Notes: generated by a model not told the origin, from the letters alone. Shown: positions 9,545 to 21,213, numbered from the stretch's first letter. The stretch: 64,000 nt of DNA from Sulfurimonas sp. CG01_land_8_20_14_3_00_36_23 (GCA_002781365.1 PETN01000010.1:13556-77555); one strand, 5' to 3'. Numbers and translations are program-made.

Positions 9545-11757
9545 AGAGTCAACCATCTAAAATTGAGTTGCTTATCGCTCAACTCGATTTAAACGAGCAT
9601 ATCAACGCCTTCAAATACTTCTTTTCAAGAGAACATTCGCTCTATATCGAGGGCGATCAAGAGCTTCACTTTCGCTACATCAAAGCACTCGATGCCATTG
9701 AGTTTAAAGCACCTCCAAAAATCTCAGACTTTACTAACATCTTAGGACACCTTAAAAAAAGAGGTGTTTTGAACTTTGAACAAGTTTTTGAGATTGTAAA
9801 AATTGTACGCTACTTCAGATACTTTAAAAACCGTGAACTCGATGGTATCATCGGTGAGTGGATGAGTAAGTTTGTCATCGATGAAAGATTTTTAGAGATA
9901 GAAAAGTACTTCACGCATGATGGCAAGTTTGAAGAGAATCTCGATGAGACACTTTTCAAACTCTCGCAACGTATCAAAGAGCATAAGAGCAGTATGAATG
10001 AGTCACTCAAAAGAGTGATGTCAAGCTCAAAACTTGCAGGATATTTAGTGGATTCCCAAGTCCATTTTATCAATAATGAGGAGTCTCTTTTGGTGCGTGG
10101 CGGATTTAACCATGTTCTCAAAGGTGCGGTCATCTCAAGAAGTACAGGCGGATTTTTCTACGTTTCCCCTGACATTATTTTAAAAACAAAAGAGTCTATT
10201 CGCTACATTGAGCAAGAGAGAGAGGCAATTTTTTACACCTATGCCAAAGAGTTCTCTTCAAAACTGACAGAACTCCTTAGCTTTATAGCTTTCATAGACA
10301 AAGAGTTTACGAAGTTTGACAACTACCAAGCCAGAGTTCTCTTTGCCAGAAGTAAAAACTACCAAATACTCAAATCCAAAAGTGACTCGAGAATCATTTT
10401 AGATGGTTTTATGCACCCTGCTCTACACAAACCAAAACCTATCCATGTTGATTTTTCTAAAAATATATTGATGATAACAGGTGTCAATGCAGGTGGAAAG
10501 ACGATGCTTCTTAAGTCGATTCTCTCTGCTGCTTTTATGGCTAAATATATCATTCCTATGAAGATTAATGAGAACAAATCCCATATAGGCTCCTTTAAAG
10601 TTATCTCCGCCATCATCGATGACCCGCAAAATGTCAAAAATGACATCTCTACTTTTGCAGGTCGTATGCAGGAGTTTTCCCGTATCTTTGAAAACAGGGC
10701 TGCCTTAGTTGGAGTCGATGAGATTGAGTTAGGTACAGATAGTGACGAAGCAGCGGCTCTCTTTAAAGTAATTCTCGATGATTTAGTCTCCAAGGGTCAA
10801 AAAGTAGTTGTAACCACACACCATAAAAGACTCGCAGCACTGATGGCTGACCGTGAAGATGTGGAACTTATGGCAGCTATCTATGATGAAGCGGCTAGAC
10901 TCCCAACCTACGAATTTATGCAAGGAATCATCGGAAAGAGTTACGCCTTTGAGACAGCAAGCCGCTATGGCATCTCAAACAAGATAGTCAATGAAGCCAA
11001 AAGTGTTTATGGCGATAACTCGGAGCGACTCAACCTTCTTATAGAGAGAGGTTCACAGCTTGAACGTGAGCTCAAACAAAAGCACAAACAAGTGGATGAG
11101 AAACTCGACGAATTGCACAAAAAAGAGCTCAATCTCCAAGAGGAGCGAGAGAAAATCTTTCTTGAGTTGCAAGAGCAAAAAAATGCCCTTATCAAGAGTT
11201 ATGAGGTAGCTATTTCTGAGGCGAAGTTAGCCGCAAAAGCGGGGGATACCACAGCAATACATAGAGCCATGAGTAGAGCCAACAAAGAGCTTCCAAAAGA
11301 GAAGAAAACCCAAAATGTTCGGCATGTGGAATTTAAAGTGGGAGACACGGTAAAGTACCACAGCAAAAAAGGTGTCATCATCTCTTTAACAGATAAAAAA
11401 GATGCGATGATAGAGGTAGAGGGGATGCGACTTCGTGTGCAGACAAGCCAGTTAAAGCATACGCAAATCATTCCACAAAAGCCAAAAACAGACTTCAAAC
11501 TTAATGTACAAAAAAGAGCTGGACTCAAGTGTGACTTACATGGAATGCGAGCCGAGGAAGCCGAAGAGGTTTTAGATACCTTCCTCTCAGATGCACTTTT
11601 AAATGGCTGGGATGAAGTAATTATTTATCACGGCATTGGAACTGGAAAACTCTCTTATGCTGTGAAAAACTTCCTCAAAACACACCCAAAAGTGAAAAAG
11701 TTTGAAGACGCGCCTCAACATATGGGTGGCTTCGGTGCAAAAATTGTCACGCTCTAA
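9535..11757 (+). CDS. mutS2: Endonuclease MutS2
   Basis: TGVNAGGKT P-loop, DEIELGTD, TTHHKRL, C-terminal Smr domain (DLHG..IYHGIGTG). Confidence 0.93.
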   Translation: MRVESQPSKIELLIAQLDLNEHINAFKYFFSREHSLYIEGDQELHFRYIKALDAIEFKAPPKISDFTNILGHLKKRGVLNFEQVFEIVKIVRYFRYFKNRELDGIIGEWMSKFVIDERFLEIEKYFTHDGKFEENLDETLFKLSQRIKEHKSSMNESLKRVMSSSKLAGYLVDSQVHFINNEESLLVRGGFNHVLKGAVISRSTGGFFYVSPDIILKTKESIRYIEQEREAIFYTYAKEFSSKLTELLSFIAFIDKEFTKFDNYQARVLFARSKNYQILKSKSDSRIILDGFMHPALHKPKPIHVDFSKNILMITGVNAGGKTMLLKSILSAAFMAKYIIPMKINENKSHIGSFKVISAIIDDPQNVKNDISTFAGRMQEFSRIFENRAALVGVDEIELGTDSDEAAALFKVILDDLVSKGQKVVVTTHHKRLAALMADREDVELMAAIYDEAARLPTYEFMQGIIGKSYAFETASRYGISNKIVNEAKSVYGDNSERLNLLIERGSQLERELKQKHKQVDEKLDELHKKELNLQEEREKIFLELQEQKNALIKSYEVAISEAKLAAKAGDTTAIHRAMSRANKELPKEKKTQNVRHVEFKVGDTVKYHSKKGVIISLTDKKDAMIEVEGMRLRVQTSQLKHTQIIPQKPKTDFKLNVQKRAGLKCDLHGMRAEEAEEVLDTFLSDALLNGWDEVIIYHGIGTGKLSYAVKNFLKTHPKVKKFEDAPQHMGGFGAKIVTL

Positions 11758-11769
11758 GATGAAGCGTTA

Positions 11770-12444
11770 ATGCAAATCATATTTGAGAACTCTGATTTTG
11801 TTATTTTTGACAAACCCGCAGGGCTTAACTTTCATAGCGAGGATAACGAGGCAGGCTTTGTAGTTTTAGCAACCAAACAGCTCAATCTCCCTCAACTCTA
11901 CAGTGTCCACCGCCTTGATAAGATGACATCGGGTTTAATCATCCTTGCAAAATCGAGCGAAATTGCCAATACCTTTGCAAAACTCTTTGAAGCCAAAGAG
12001 ATACAAAAATTTTATCTAGCTCTGAGTCTAAGAAAACCGAAAAAAAAGCAGGGTTGGGTCAAAGCAGATATGGCAAGTTCACGAAGAGGAACCTATAAAC
12101 TCATAGCAACCAAAGAGAACCCAGCCATCACCCAGTTTATCAGCACCTCTCTTCGTGTGGGAGAACGCCTCTTTTTAGTAAAGCCACACACAGGCAAAAC
12201 ACATCAGATACGCGTCGCCCTCAAAAGTATTGGTGCACCCATCGCAGGCGATATTCGCTATGCAAATGCCGAAGAAGCAAAAATGGAGGAGCGAGGCTAT
12301 CTACACGCTTTTGCACTCCACTTTAAGATGAGAGAAAAAGAGTTTACTTTTGTCTGTGCACCGCAAAATGGCGAAAGATTTTTATCAGAAGAGGCAAAAG
12401 AGCAAATAAAATTGTGGTCTGCGCCTTGGAAGATTATAAATTAA
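11770..12444 (+). CDS. RluA-family pseudouridine synthase
   Basis: DKPAGL, HRLDKMTSG, TGKTHQIRV, IAGDIRY. Confidence 0.9.
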   Translation: MQIIFENSDFVIFDKPAGLNFHSEDNEAGFVVLATKQLNLPQLYSVHRLDKMTSGLIILAKSSEIANTFAKLFEAKEIQKFYLALSLRKPKKKQGWVKADMASSRRGTYKLIATKENPAITQFISTSLRVGERLFLVKPHTGKTHQIRVALKSIGAPIAGDIRYANAEEAKMEERGYLHAFALHFKMREKEFTFVCAPQNGERFLSEEAKEQIKLWSAPWKIIN

Positions 12445-12475
12445 GCAGTTTTTTTATGTTACTTCCATAAAAGTT

Positions 12476-12484
12476 TGCTATAAT
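12476..12484 (+). promoter_or_regulatory. Extended -10 promoter (TGCTATAAT) of the MCP gene
   Basis: Exact TGnTATAAT about 70 nt upstream of ATG 12552. Confidence 0.65.
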
Positions 12485-12551
12485 TCGCGCAATCAAATAT
12501 TGCTCTTACAAAAGCAATGTTTTCAAACAAAAAAGGTAGGTAGGGTGAGAG

Positions 12552-14546
12552 ATGCAAAAAATTAGTTTAAGTAAGAAGATTAGTGCTGGATTTATATTCA
12601 TGCTACTGATTATTTCAATTATGGGTGGAATAGGTTATACAAGTATTGCAGATGCAATAGAAAACTCAGAAAAACTAGCTAAAGAGTATATGCCAGAAGT
12701 TGAGATAGCTGGACATATTAAAGAGAATTTCTCAGAAGCTCGTATTGAAGTATCGAAATTTCTCTTCAGTGAAGAGAAAGCATATAAAGAGGATGCAGAT
12801 AAACATTTTGCACTCACACACAAATATATTGATGAGGCAAAAGAGTTAGTCAAACAATACCCTCATTTAGTAAAACTAAACGAGGCAATTGTTCCAACGC
12901 AAGAGAAAATAGAAGCGTACGAAGATGCAGTCGCAGAAGTGGAGAAAGCTTTTAAGACAAAAGATATCGCCCGTGTAAGCTTGGATAAAAATGCAAAAGT
13001 CTATATAGAATTATCTGAAGCACTGATTCTCCAACAACAACGACTTCTTAAAGCGGAGCTTAAAAAAGGTGCAAAGCTTGAAGAGCGTATTGAAAAAATC
13101 TACTTAGCATACGAATCAGAACTTCACGCTGACGAAGCGATGATTGCGAACTTTAAATCTTCTGCAAGAAGAGACTCTGCTATTTTAGAAGAGGGACTCA
13201 AAATCTTTGACCACTTAGATGAGATGTATGCAAAAATTTTAAAAACAACACACAAGAAAGAGGATATTGCAGTAATTCATAAGATTGACGATGCTGGAAA
13301 GAACTATAAAAAAGAGCTTATAAAACTTCGCGCTGCTTCTCACAAAATTGAAGAGGCTACAAAAATATTAGTTTCAACGGGTAATGCTGCGGTAGAATCT
13401 GTAAATAAGATATATGATGCTGGTTTAAAAGGAGCTGTAGATTTAAGCGAACACTCAATTGATGAGTTAACACAATCAGAGACAATCATGCTAGTCGTAT
13501 TTTTCCTATCTACTCTTTTAGCTGTTGGTAATGCATACTACATTATCTCTTTTGGACTCAACAGACCTCTTACAAAGTTTAAAGATACACTACTTCAAAT
13601 AGGTCATAACAATGATTTAACGATTAAAGTAGATGAGAATGCTCCTTTAGAGTTGTCACAGATGGCATCAGCTTTCAATAATCTTCTCTCAAATCTTAAA
13701 GTCTTAATCCAAACAGCGAAACAGGGTTCAAGTGAAAATGCTTCAATCTCGCATGAACTCTCCACAACAGCTCTAGGTGTTGGAAACAATGTTGAAAAAT
13801 CTGTTAGTGTTATAGATAAAGCAACAATGCAAGCAAATAAGATAAAAGATGAAATCATGTCGGCTATTTTAGATGCGCAACGAAGCAAAAAAGATATTAT
13901 TCTTGCAAATGACAATCTCAATGCTGCAAGGGAAGATATTATTGCGCTTACTTCAAGAGTACAACAAAGTGCTGAGATAGAGATAGAACTTGCACAGAGA
14001 ATGGATACACTCTCTAATGAAGCAACAGCTGTAAAATCTGTTCTTGAAGTGATTGGCGATATAGCTGACCAAACAAACCTCTTAGCACTCAATGCGGCAA
14101 TTGAAGCAGCACGTGCAGGAGAGCATGGACGTGGTTTTGCTGTTGTAGCCGATGAAGTTAGAAAACTTGCAGAGAGAACGCAAAAATCTCTTACAGAGAT
14201 TAATGCAACTATCAATATTATCGTTCAATCTATCGGCGATGTAAGCGGTCAAATGAACTCTAACTCAGAAGAGGTTCAAGCACTTGCAGATGTTTCAAAC
14301 GATGTTGAAATGAAAATAAACTGTAGTGTTGAAATAGTTAACAAAGCTGTACAGGCAAGTGATAAAACTGTATCTGACTTTGAAAAGACTGGGCAAGATG
14401 TTGAGGCGATTGTAAATCAAGTTACAGAAATCAATACTCTCTCTTCTCAAAATGCTCGAAATGTTGAAGAGATTGTAGCTGCAACGGATCATCTAAACTC
14501 TATGACTGACGACCTTCATGCGAAACTTGAAACTTTTAGAACATAA
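12552..14546 (+). CDS. Methyl-accepting chemotaxis protein
   Basis: Two TMs, periplasmic helical domain, [42 protein letters not shown]. Confidence 0.95.
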   Translation: MQKISLSKKISAGFIFMLLIISIMGGIGYTSIADAIENSEKLAKEYMPEVEIAGHIKENFSEARIEVSKFLFSEEKAYKEDADKHFALTHKYIDEAKELVKQYPHLVKLNEAIVPTQEKIEAYEDAVAEVEKAFKTKDIARVSLDKNAKVYIELSEALILQQQRLLKAELKKGAKLEERIEKIYLAYESELHADEAMIANFKSSARRDSAILEEGLKIFDHLDEMYAKILKTTHKKEDIAVIHKIDDAGKNYKKELIKLRAASHKIEEATKILVSTGNAAVESVNKIYDAGLKGAVDLSEHSIDELTQSETIMLVVFFLSTLLAVGNAYYIISFGLNRPLTKFKDTLLQIGHNNDLTIKVDENAPLELSQMASAFNNLLSNLKVLIQTAKQGSSENASISHELSTTALGVGNNVEKSVSVIDKATMQANKIKDEIMSAILDAQRSKKDIILANDNLNAAREDIIALTSRVQQSAEIEIELAQRMDTLSNEATAVKSVLEVIGDIADQTNLLALNAAIEAARAGEHGRGFAVVADEVRKLAERTQKSLTEINATINIIVQSIGDVSGQMNSNSEEVQALADVSNDVEMKINCSVEIVNKAVQASDKTVSDFEKTGQDVEAIVNQVTEINTLSSQNARNVEEIVAATDHLNSMTDDLHAKLETFRT

Positions 14547-15747
14547 GAGAGTAGCCATAATTGGAGCGGGAACTTCTGGACTTTTATGCGCCATTATCTG
14601 TGCAAAAAGTTCCTCTTCCGCCAAAAAAATTGACGTTGCAATTTACGAACAGAACCCTAAGCCTGCGAAAAAGATTTTAGTCTCAGGCAACGGGCGATGT
14701 AACATCACAAACATTTCCACATGCCAAGAGGATTACTTTAGTGAGAATCCCTCTTTTGTTAAATATGCTCTAGAAAACTTCTCATTTAACGAGTTTGAAA
14801 AGTTTACTTCGAGTATTGGTTTAATGCTAGACGTTAAAGAAGATGGAAAGGTTTATCCATTGAGCAATGAAGCCAAAAGTGTTGCTACGCTTTTAGAAAA
14901 CTATGCAAAAAGTCTAGGCGTTATTTTTCATACAGAGAATAAAGTCACCGATATAAAAAAACTACTCCAAGAGTATGACACTGTTGTTGTGGCAACAGGA
15001 AGTGAAGCGGCTTCGCATTTAGGTGGAAACAGTGATGGGCAAGCGTTCGCAAAAGAGTTTGGGCATACCATCATTTCAACCTACCCATCATTAGTTCAAC
15101 TACACTTAAACTCAAATACACATGCTAAGATGAGTGGTGCGAAAGTCGATGGAGAGGTCACACTTCTTATCAATAATAAAGTAACTTCCACATGCAGAGG
15201 CGATATTCTTTTTACAGAGTACGGTGTTTCAGGTTTTGCTGTTTTAGATATTTCGCAACAAGCTTCTGAAGCTTTAATGAACTTTCAGAGCGTTGATATT
15301 GTTCTAAATTTACTTCCAAAATATACGCCACAACAACTCTCAGCCCACATCATGAAGATGGCACAGCTCAATCCACATGCCAATATCTTAGATATTTTAC
15401 ATGGTCTCGTAGCACTCAAAATCGCTAAAACAGTTTTGGATGTCTTAGAAATTCCACATGCCAAAGCCTGCTTGGAAGTCGATACAAAACTCTCTAAAAG
15501 AATAGCCAACCAAATCCTCAATTGGAAGTTTGAAGTGAGCGATACGCACGGTTTTCGTCATGCAGAAGTGAGTGGCGGCGGTGTAGATACAAGAGAGATA
15601 AATCCAAAAACGATGGAGTCTCTTAAACAAAAAAATCTCTATTTCTGTGGAGAAGTTTTAGATGTCGTTGGTCGTCGTGGGGGTTTTAACTTTGCATGGG
15701 CATGGGCGAGTGCAGTGTGTGCGGCTGAGGATATAACAAAAGCTTAA
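14518..15747 (+). CDS. HI0933/BaiN-family flavoprotein (start uncertain)
   Basis: [48 protein letters not shown]. Confidence 0.88.
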   Translation: MRNLKLLEHKRVAIIGAGTSGLLCAIICAKSSSSAKKIDVAIYEQNPKPAKKILVSGNGRCNITNISTCQEDYFSENPSFVKYALENFSFNEFEKFTSSIGLMLDVKEDGKVYPLSNEAKSVATLLENYAKSLGVIFHTENKVTDIKKLLQEYDTVVVATGSEAASHLGGNSDGQAFAKEFGHTIISTYPSLVQLHLNSNTHAKMSGAKVDGEVTLLINNKVTSTCRGDILFTEYGVSGFAVLDISQQASEALMNFQSVDIVLNLLPKYTPQQLSAHIMKMAQLNPHANILDILHGLVALKIAKTVLDVLEIPHAKACLEVDTKLSKRIANQILNWKFEVSDTHGFRHAEVSGGGVDTREINPKTMESLKQKNLYFCGEVLDVVGRRGGFNFAWAWASAVCAAEDITKA

Positions 15748-15791
15748 ACAAAATAGAGATAAACTGAGCCATCATAAAAAAGGATTTCCAC

Positions 15792-16346
15792 ATGCCAATC
15801 TCTCTCATCGTTTTAGTCATAGTTACTCTTATCTTAGTCCTTATGTACAACTCACTTGTCTCAAAGAAAAATCAAGTAGAAAATATCTTTGCAAGTGTCG
15901 ATACCACTCTTAAAAAACGCTACGACCTCATCCCAAACCTTGTCGCCTCTGTGAGTAAATATATGGAGCATGAGAAGTCTCTGCTTGAAGAGGTTACAAA
16001 ACTTCGCGCAGATGCAAACAAGCCAAATATTTCAGATGCACAGAAGATTCAACTCGATGCAAAAGTGAGTTCTGCCCTTGGTTCTATCATGATTGCTGTA
16101 GAGAATTATCCAGATTTAAAAGCGAATGAAAATGTAATGCATCTTCAACACTCCCTCACCGAAATCGAAGAGCAAATCTCAGCTGCAAGACGCGCTTACA
16201 ATCAAGCTGTGACAGACTATAACAATGCCATAGAGATGATTCCAACGAACTTTATGGCTTCTGCTATGAACTACACTCGCAAAGAGGTTTTTGTTATCGT
16301 TGAGAGTGAGCGAAAAAATGTAAACGTAAAAGAGCTTTTCAACTAA
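15792..16346 (+). CDS. lemA: LemA family protein
   Basis: N-terminal TM, KRYDLIPNLV, ENYPDLKAN, ARRAYN. Confidence 0.92.
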   Translation: MPISLIVLVIVTLILVLMYNSLVSKKNQVENIFASVDTTLKKRYDLIPNLVASVSKYMEHEKSLLEEVTKLRADANKPNISDAQKIQLDAKVSSALGSIMIAVENYPDLKANENVMHLQHSLTEIEEQISAARRAYNQAVTDYNNAIEMIPTNFMASAMNYTRKEVFVIVESERKNVNVKELFN

Positions 16347-16349
16347 AGC

Positions 16350-17312
16350 ATGAAAACGCTTAGCCAATTAACAGACTTTTATTACAAAAATCTTTTTCCA
16401 ACTTTAGAGGCATTGGAGCTACAAAGAAAAAATCTTCGATATAGAGTTATTCTTGTGGGGCTCTTTTTTACTCTCGTCTGTGTGGTGCTCGTCTCACTTC
16501 TCCCTTTAGAGACAATGAATATAGAACTTTTCTCTGTTATTATATTTGCTTATTTTGCAATCGGTACACTTTTGTATAAGTTTTTAACACAAGAGTACAC
16601 CGATGAATTTAAAACAAAAGTCTTAAAACCACTCATCCATGCCATCGATGAAAAACTTATCTATACAACAGAGCTTCATGTCTCCCAGAGAATTTTTGAA
16701 CGCTCGGAACTTTTTACAAGCAGAGTCGATAAAATCAGTGGAAACGACCATGTAATGGGCTTAATTGATGGAACTAAAATCGAGTTTTCAGATATACATG
16801 CCCAGCAAAGGCACAAAAATTCAAAAGGAAAAGAGAGTTGGAGTACGATTTTTAGAGGTCTTTTTATTGTCGCTGATTTTAACAAAAACTTCATAGGAAG
16901 AACAGTTGTTCTCCCAGAGAGTGCTCAAAATATTTTTGGTGACCTCATCGGCAATTGGCTCCAATCGAAAAACTTCCTGCGAGAGGAGCTTGTCAAACTT
17001 GATGATAGTGCGTTTGAAAAAGAGTTTGTTGTCTACGCAACCGATCAGATTGAAGCGAGGTACATCCTCTCTCACTCTCTTATGCAGAGACTCCTCACCT
17101 TTAAAAAAAAGGCGAATCATCCTCTGTATATCTCCTTTATCGGTGGTTCTATCCACATGGCGATTGATTATGGTAAAGACCTCTTTGAACCATCTATCTT
17201 TCATTCACTATTAAAGTATAAAATTGCCATGGAGTATGTAAGTACACTTCACCTAGCTCTTGGAATCGTTGAAGAGTTAAAACTCAATCAAAAAATATGG
17301 AGTAAAAGATGA
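16350..17312 (+). CDS. DUF3137-like membrane protein
   Basis: Two TMs, FRGLFIVADFNKNF, FEKEFVVY..DQIEARYIL; follows lemA. Confidence 0.75.
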   Translation: MKTLSQLTDFYYKNLFPTLEALELQRKNLRYRVILVGLFFTLVCVVLVSLLPLETMNIELFSVIIFAYFAIGTLLYKFLTQEYTDEFKTKVLKPLIHAIDEKLIYTTELHVSQRIFERSELFTSRVDKISGNDHVMGLIDGTKIEFSDIHAQQRHKNSKGKESWSTIFRGLFIVADFNKNFIGRTVVLPESAQNIFGDLIGNWLQSKNFLREELVKLDDSAFEKEFVVYATDQIEARYILSHSLMQRLLTFKKKANHPLYISFIGGSIHMAIDYGKDLFEPSIFHSLLKYKIAMEYVSTLHLALGIVEELKLNQKIWSKR

Positions 17313-17355
17313 AAATAAATATAGCACGAAGAGCCATTAGAGATGGGTATCTCCT

Positions 17356-18144
17356 ATGAAGAGTGAAGTAGAGTTACTCAAACTGAGTATCAAAGATTTT
17401 TTCACGGCAAAGATGCTTCGCTACTCCATAGCCCCTTTTATCTTCACAATGCTCATTATGTATCTTCTTTTTTTTACTTTTGCAGGGCTTGGGCTAGATC
17501 AACTCGGCACTATGGATGTACAATCGACGCAGACAACCATGGAGAATGGTATCCCCCACACGGAGAGTACAAGCACTCAACTTGAAGGTAGCTCCATTGC
17601 GACCTATCTTATGAGTTTTGCAGCCACCTCTTGGCTGGTAGGTTTTTTTGTCTATACCGTTGGCGCTTTTTTCGTGCTCTATCTCTCTATCTTTGTAGCA
17701 CTACTCGTCATAGGCTTTATGACTCCTATGGTTCTCAAAGAGATACAAGCAAGACACTACCCAGATGTAGAGATGATTGGGCATTCTAATCTTTTAGAGG
17801 CACTCTTTCTTACCCTAAAATGGGCGCTTGGAATGCTTTTGCTCTTTTTAGTATTGATTCCTACCTATTTTATACCTCTCCTTAATATTGTCGCGCTCAA
17901 TCTCCCACTCTACTACTTCTTTCACAAGATGATGAGTTACGATATAGCCTCCACCATCTGCACAAGAGAAGAGAGTAAAAAGATAAAGTTTTTTAGTGCA
18001 AACCAAATCAGACTCAAGACTTTAGCCCTCTACTTACTCTCACTCATCCCCTTTGTTATCTTTTTTGCGGCTATCTTTTTTGTTATCTATTTAGGACACA
18101 CCTACTTTGTACAAACAAGAGCGATGAGAAATGAGAGAGATTAA
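17356..18144 (+). CDS. EI24/CysZ-like membrane protein
   Basis: Multi-TM, typical Campylobacterota EI24 layout. Confidence 0.65.
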   Translation: MKSEVELLKLSIKDFFTAKMLRYSIAPFIFTMLIMYLLFFTFAGLGLDQLGTMDVQSTQTTMENGIPHTESTSTQLEGSSIATYLMSFAATSWLVGFFVYTVGAFFVLYLSIFVALLVIGFMTPMVLKEIQARHYPDVEMIGHSNLLEALFLTLKWALGMLLLFLVLIPTYFIPLLNIVALNLPLYYFFHKMMSYDIASTICTREESKKIKFFSANQIRLKTLALYLLSLIPFVIFFAAIFFVIYLGHTYFVQTRAMRNERD

Positions 18145-18153
18145 AAAGAGTTA

Positions 18154-20235
18154 CTACTCCTCATCTTTGTCCATATCTTTTAAGACTAAGGCTCTATAGG
18201 CTTCATCTTTTGGGACTAAACCCGCCTCATATAAAAATTGGGAAGGGAGGAAGTTTGTCTTTTTTATCTTGTCATATTTTGCAAAACTGAGATATAAAAT
18301 ATCTTTGGCTCTTGTCACAGCCACATAAAAAAGTCTTCGCTCTTCATCTAAAGAGCCACCACGTTGCATCAGTTTTCTGTTTGGAAATCTTCCATCCATC
18401 AAATCCACAACATAGACCTCTTTATATTCCAACCCTTTGGAAGCGTGAACACTCAGGAGATTTACCCCCTCCCCTTGTGTTAAATCTGAAGAGCCTAAAA
18501 TCATGGCATTTAAAAACCTTTCATGCTCTGAGTAGGGTTTGGAAAGCTCCTCTAAGAGTACCATTTTTCTCGCTATGCGTGATAAGGCTTCTGTTTTTTG
18601 CTTCTCATCAATACTCCCATCTTTGAGCATCGCTCTTTTGGATGCTAAAGTATCTGAAATATATTTATATAAGGAGGATTCAGCAATCTTTTTCACTATG
18701 GTTCTCGGCTGTTTTACACCCTTTAAATCTCTATAGAGCAGATAAAAATCGTGTAAAAAGATGGCTCCCTCTTTGGTCAGTTTTGGATGTTTCAAGATTT
18801 GATTTTTCATGAACTTCTCTTCAAATCCGAGTCTTGCAAACTTTCCTACAGCTCCTAGTTCTAAAAACTCATCAAAGAGACCTAACTGATGTGACACTTT
18901 TCGTTTCTCAAAAGGGTTATGTATCGATGCATCAGGGGCATAAAGACCATAAAAGATAGAACTATGCCCTAAAGTTTTCAGTGCGAGGTACATCTCTTTT
19001 GCCATCGCACTACTGATACCACGCGCAAACTCAAAAAGATGGATGAACGCCATCATATCCGACTCATTAATCAAGAGCGTATATAAATCAAGAACTGCTT
19101 TGACCTCTCTGGAATCAAAAAAGCTGGTTCCCCCTTTTCTTTTACAGGCGATTCCAAGCTCTCTTAAGCCCACTTCGATTCCATCGGCTGAGGAGTTATT
19201 TCTAAAAATAACTGCTATCTCTTCCCTTGGCGTTTGCGAATCTCGAATCTGTGCCGCCATTGCATGGTACTGATCAAAGAGCTCATCGTATGTGAGAAGT
19301 TTAGGTGACTGTGCTTGGGCATTTCGCGTTACCTCAAGTTTTTTAGGATAGATTCTATCATTATGCTCAATCACTTTAGTAGCGAGTGAGAGTATAGGCA
19401 TCGTGGAGCGATAATTTTTTGTAAGGGTATGGACTTTGGCATGTGGAAACTTTGTAGAAAATGAGCCAATTATAGAAATATCTGCCCCATTAAAAGCATA
19501 AATACTCTGGTCATAATCTCCAACGCAAAAGAGTGAAGGCGGTTTCATCGCGTCTATGAGCGTACCTTGAAGTGCATTTGTATCTTGATATTCATCGACG
19601 AGAACTTCTTTGTAGCCTAAATCTTTTGTTTTACAAATCTCTCTAAAATTAAGAAGTAAATCATTAAAGTTGACAAAACCATACTCTTTTTTTAAAGACT
19701 CAAACTCATCCACAATATCTGCATAAATCATTGCAAAGAGTTCATGCTCAGGATACTTCTCTATAATCCACGCTTCAAAATCTCTCTGCAACTCCGTATT
19801 TTGATAAAAGGAGTAAACATCATAAAGATAGTTGCCCCCATACTGCGTAATCTCTGCGTTTATGTGCATAAAAGAGCGTTTTTCAAAGACAGATCTAAAA
19901 AGTGTTTTGAGTTCACGTTGTTGTTTTAAAACAACTTTTTGGTCATGTTTTTTAAGCCATCGGTAACTCACCGCATGGAAAGTTCCCGCATCGATTTTCG
20001 TCGCTATCTCTTTTCCAAAGTACTCCGCAACTCTCTCTATCATCTCCGCTGCTGCTTTGTTGGTAAAGGTAAGAAGTAAAATCTCTTCAGGCTTTACACC
20101 ATTAGCGAGGAGGTGTCCTATTCTACCGACAATTGTGGAGGTTTTTCCTGTACCTGCTGAAGCGATAATAAGGTTTTGAGTATGTGTAGAAGTTGCAGCA
20201 GCATATTGCTCAGAATTTAAACGAGACAGTGGCAA
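18154..20235 (-). CDS. UvrD/Rep-family ATP-dependent helicase
   Basis: ASAGTGKT, TFTNKAA, VDEYQDTN, VGDYDQSIY, NYRS, VHASKGLE, EERRLFYVAVTRAK. Confidence 0.92.
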   Translation of the reverse strand: MPLSRLNSEQYAAATSTHTQNLIIASAGTGKTSTIVGRIGHLLANGVKPEEILLLTFTNKAAAEMIERVAEYFGKEIATKIDAGTFHAVSYRWLKKHDQKVVLKQQRELKTLFRSVFEKRSFMHINAEITQYGGNYLYDVYSFYQNTELQRDFEAWIIEKYPEHELFAMIYADIVDEFESLKKEYGFVNFNDLLLNFREICKTKDLGYKEVLVDEYQDTNALQGTLIDAMKPPSLFCVGDYDQSIYAFNGADISIIGSFSTKFPHAKVHTLTKNYRSTMPILSLATKVIEHNDRIYPKKLEVTRNAQAQSPKLLTYDELFDQYHAMAAQIRDSQTPREEIAVIFRNNSSADGIEVGLRELGIACKRKGGTSFFDSREVKAVLDLYTLLINESDMMAFIHLFEFARGISSAMAKEMYLALKTLGHSSIFYGLYAPDASIHNPFEKRKVSHQLGLFDEFLELGAVGKFARLGFEEKFMKNQILKHPKLTKEGAIFLHDFYLLYRDLKGVKQPRTIVKKIAESSLYKYISDTLASKRAMLKDGSIDEKQKTEALSRIARKMVLLEELSKPYSEHERFLNAMILGSSDLTQGEGVNLLSVHASKGLEYKEVYVVDLMDGRFPNRKLMQRGGSLDEERRLFYVAVTRAKDILYLSFAKYDKIKKTNFLPSQFLYEAGLVPKDEAYRALVLKDMDKDEE

Positions 20236-20391
20236 TAGAGACTCCTTATGAAAGCCGTGATTATACCTTGTATAATTTAATATCCTCTAAGTTACATCTT
20301 TGCAATTGAGCAAAAAATTTTCTTTCATATTATAAAAGCAAAGAAATAAATGGTATACTTTATTTCAAATTTATTGAAGGAAGAAGTTGTA

Positions 20392-21213
20392 ATGGAAGTG
20401 AATGAAGGTAGCCTAAAGATAGTATCCGATGAAACAAAACATGATTTAAAAAATTTAGACATCGTTACACCTAAAATATATGCAACGCTCTTTCATAACC
20501 ATGCTCTTTCTCATGACCTTACCCCAGAAGAGAGTGAATCTCTTGCTGATGACTATCTCAACGAAAAACTCTCTCTACTTACAAGCCTCGGAGAAGAGAC
20601 ATCCAAAAATGCACTCCAGTTGAGTGACTCTGCTACTAGAGCAATCTCTGCAATTCAAAAAAAAGATGAAAACCTCTTAAATGAGATTTTAGTAGAGACA
20701 CAAGAGTTACGCAAAGAGATAGAAAAACTTAAAGAGTCTGTCTATAAAGATACTCTTACGAACACCCTCAATAGAAAATGGCTCTTTGACTCTATGTTAA
20801 ATACAGATGCAAGAAGCTTTAAAGAGGCTGGAACCATGGTACTCATAGACTTAAACTACTTTAAAATCATTAATGACACCTATGGGCATATCGTAGGAGA
20901 TAAAGTTCTGGTCTATCTCTCTCACGAACTCAAAAACCTCAGAGGACATGTCATCCGATATGGAGGAGATGAGTTCATTCTAATCTTTCCTAAAGGTGCG
21001 TCAGAACAGAAGGTAGATGCAAAAGTAAGTGCCTTAAGGGAACAACTACTCCATAAAAAAATAAAAGTAAAAGACCACCATTTTACACTCAGTTTCTCTT
21101 ACGGCATAGAAGCCTTTGAAGAAAAAAGTGACTTAAATAAAGTGATAGAAAATAGTGACAAAAAAATGTACGATGATAAATTAAAAATCAAAGAGAGAGT
21201 CCAAGGCATTTAA
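20392..21213 (+). CDS. Cytoplasmic diguanylate cyclase (GGDEF)
   Basis: DTLTNTLNR, DLNYFKIINDTYGHIVGD, RYGGDEF. Start moved to ATG 20392 (AAGGAAG SD) because the ATG at 20350 overlaps a TGGTATACT -10. Confidence 0.88.
   Translation: MEVNEGSLKIVSDETKHDLKNLDIVTPKIYATLFHNHALSHDLTPEESESLADDYLNEKLSLLTSLGEETSKNALQLSDSATRAISAIQKKDENLLNEILVETQELRKEIEKLKESVYKDTLTNTLNRKWLFDSMLNTDARSFKEAGTMVLIDLNYFKIINDTYGHIVGDKVLVYLSHELKNLRGHVIRYGGDEFILIFPKGASEQKVDAKVSALREQLLHKKIKVKDHHFTLSFSYGIEAFEEKSDLNKVIENSDKKMYDDKLKIKERVQGI

Noticed and set aside
13604-14215. 203-aa antisense ORF and the many other 60-160 aa nested ORFs
   Set aside because: Shadows of well-supported genes on the opposite strand or in another frame, with no motifs or RBS
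14518-14546. 29-nt overlap between the MCP gene and the flavoprotein gene
   Set aside because: Start codon uncertain (TTG at 14527 is an alternative); short overlaps are common in these compact genomes
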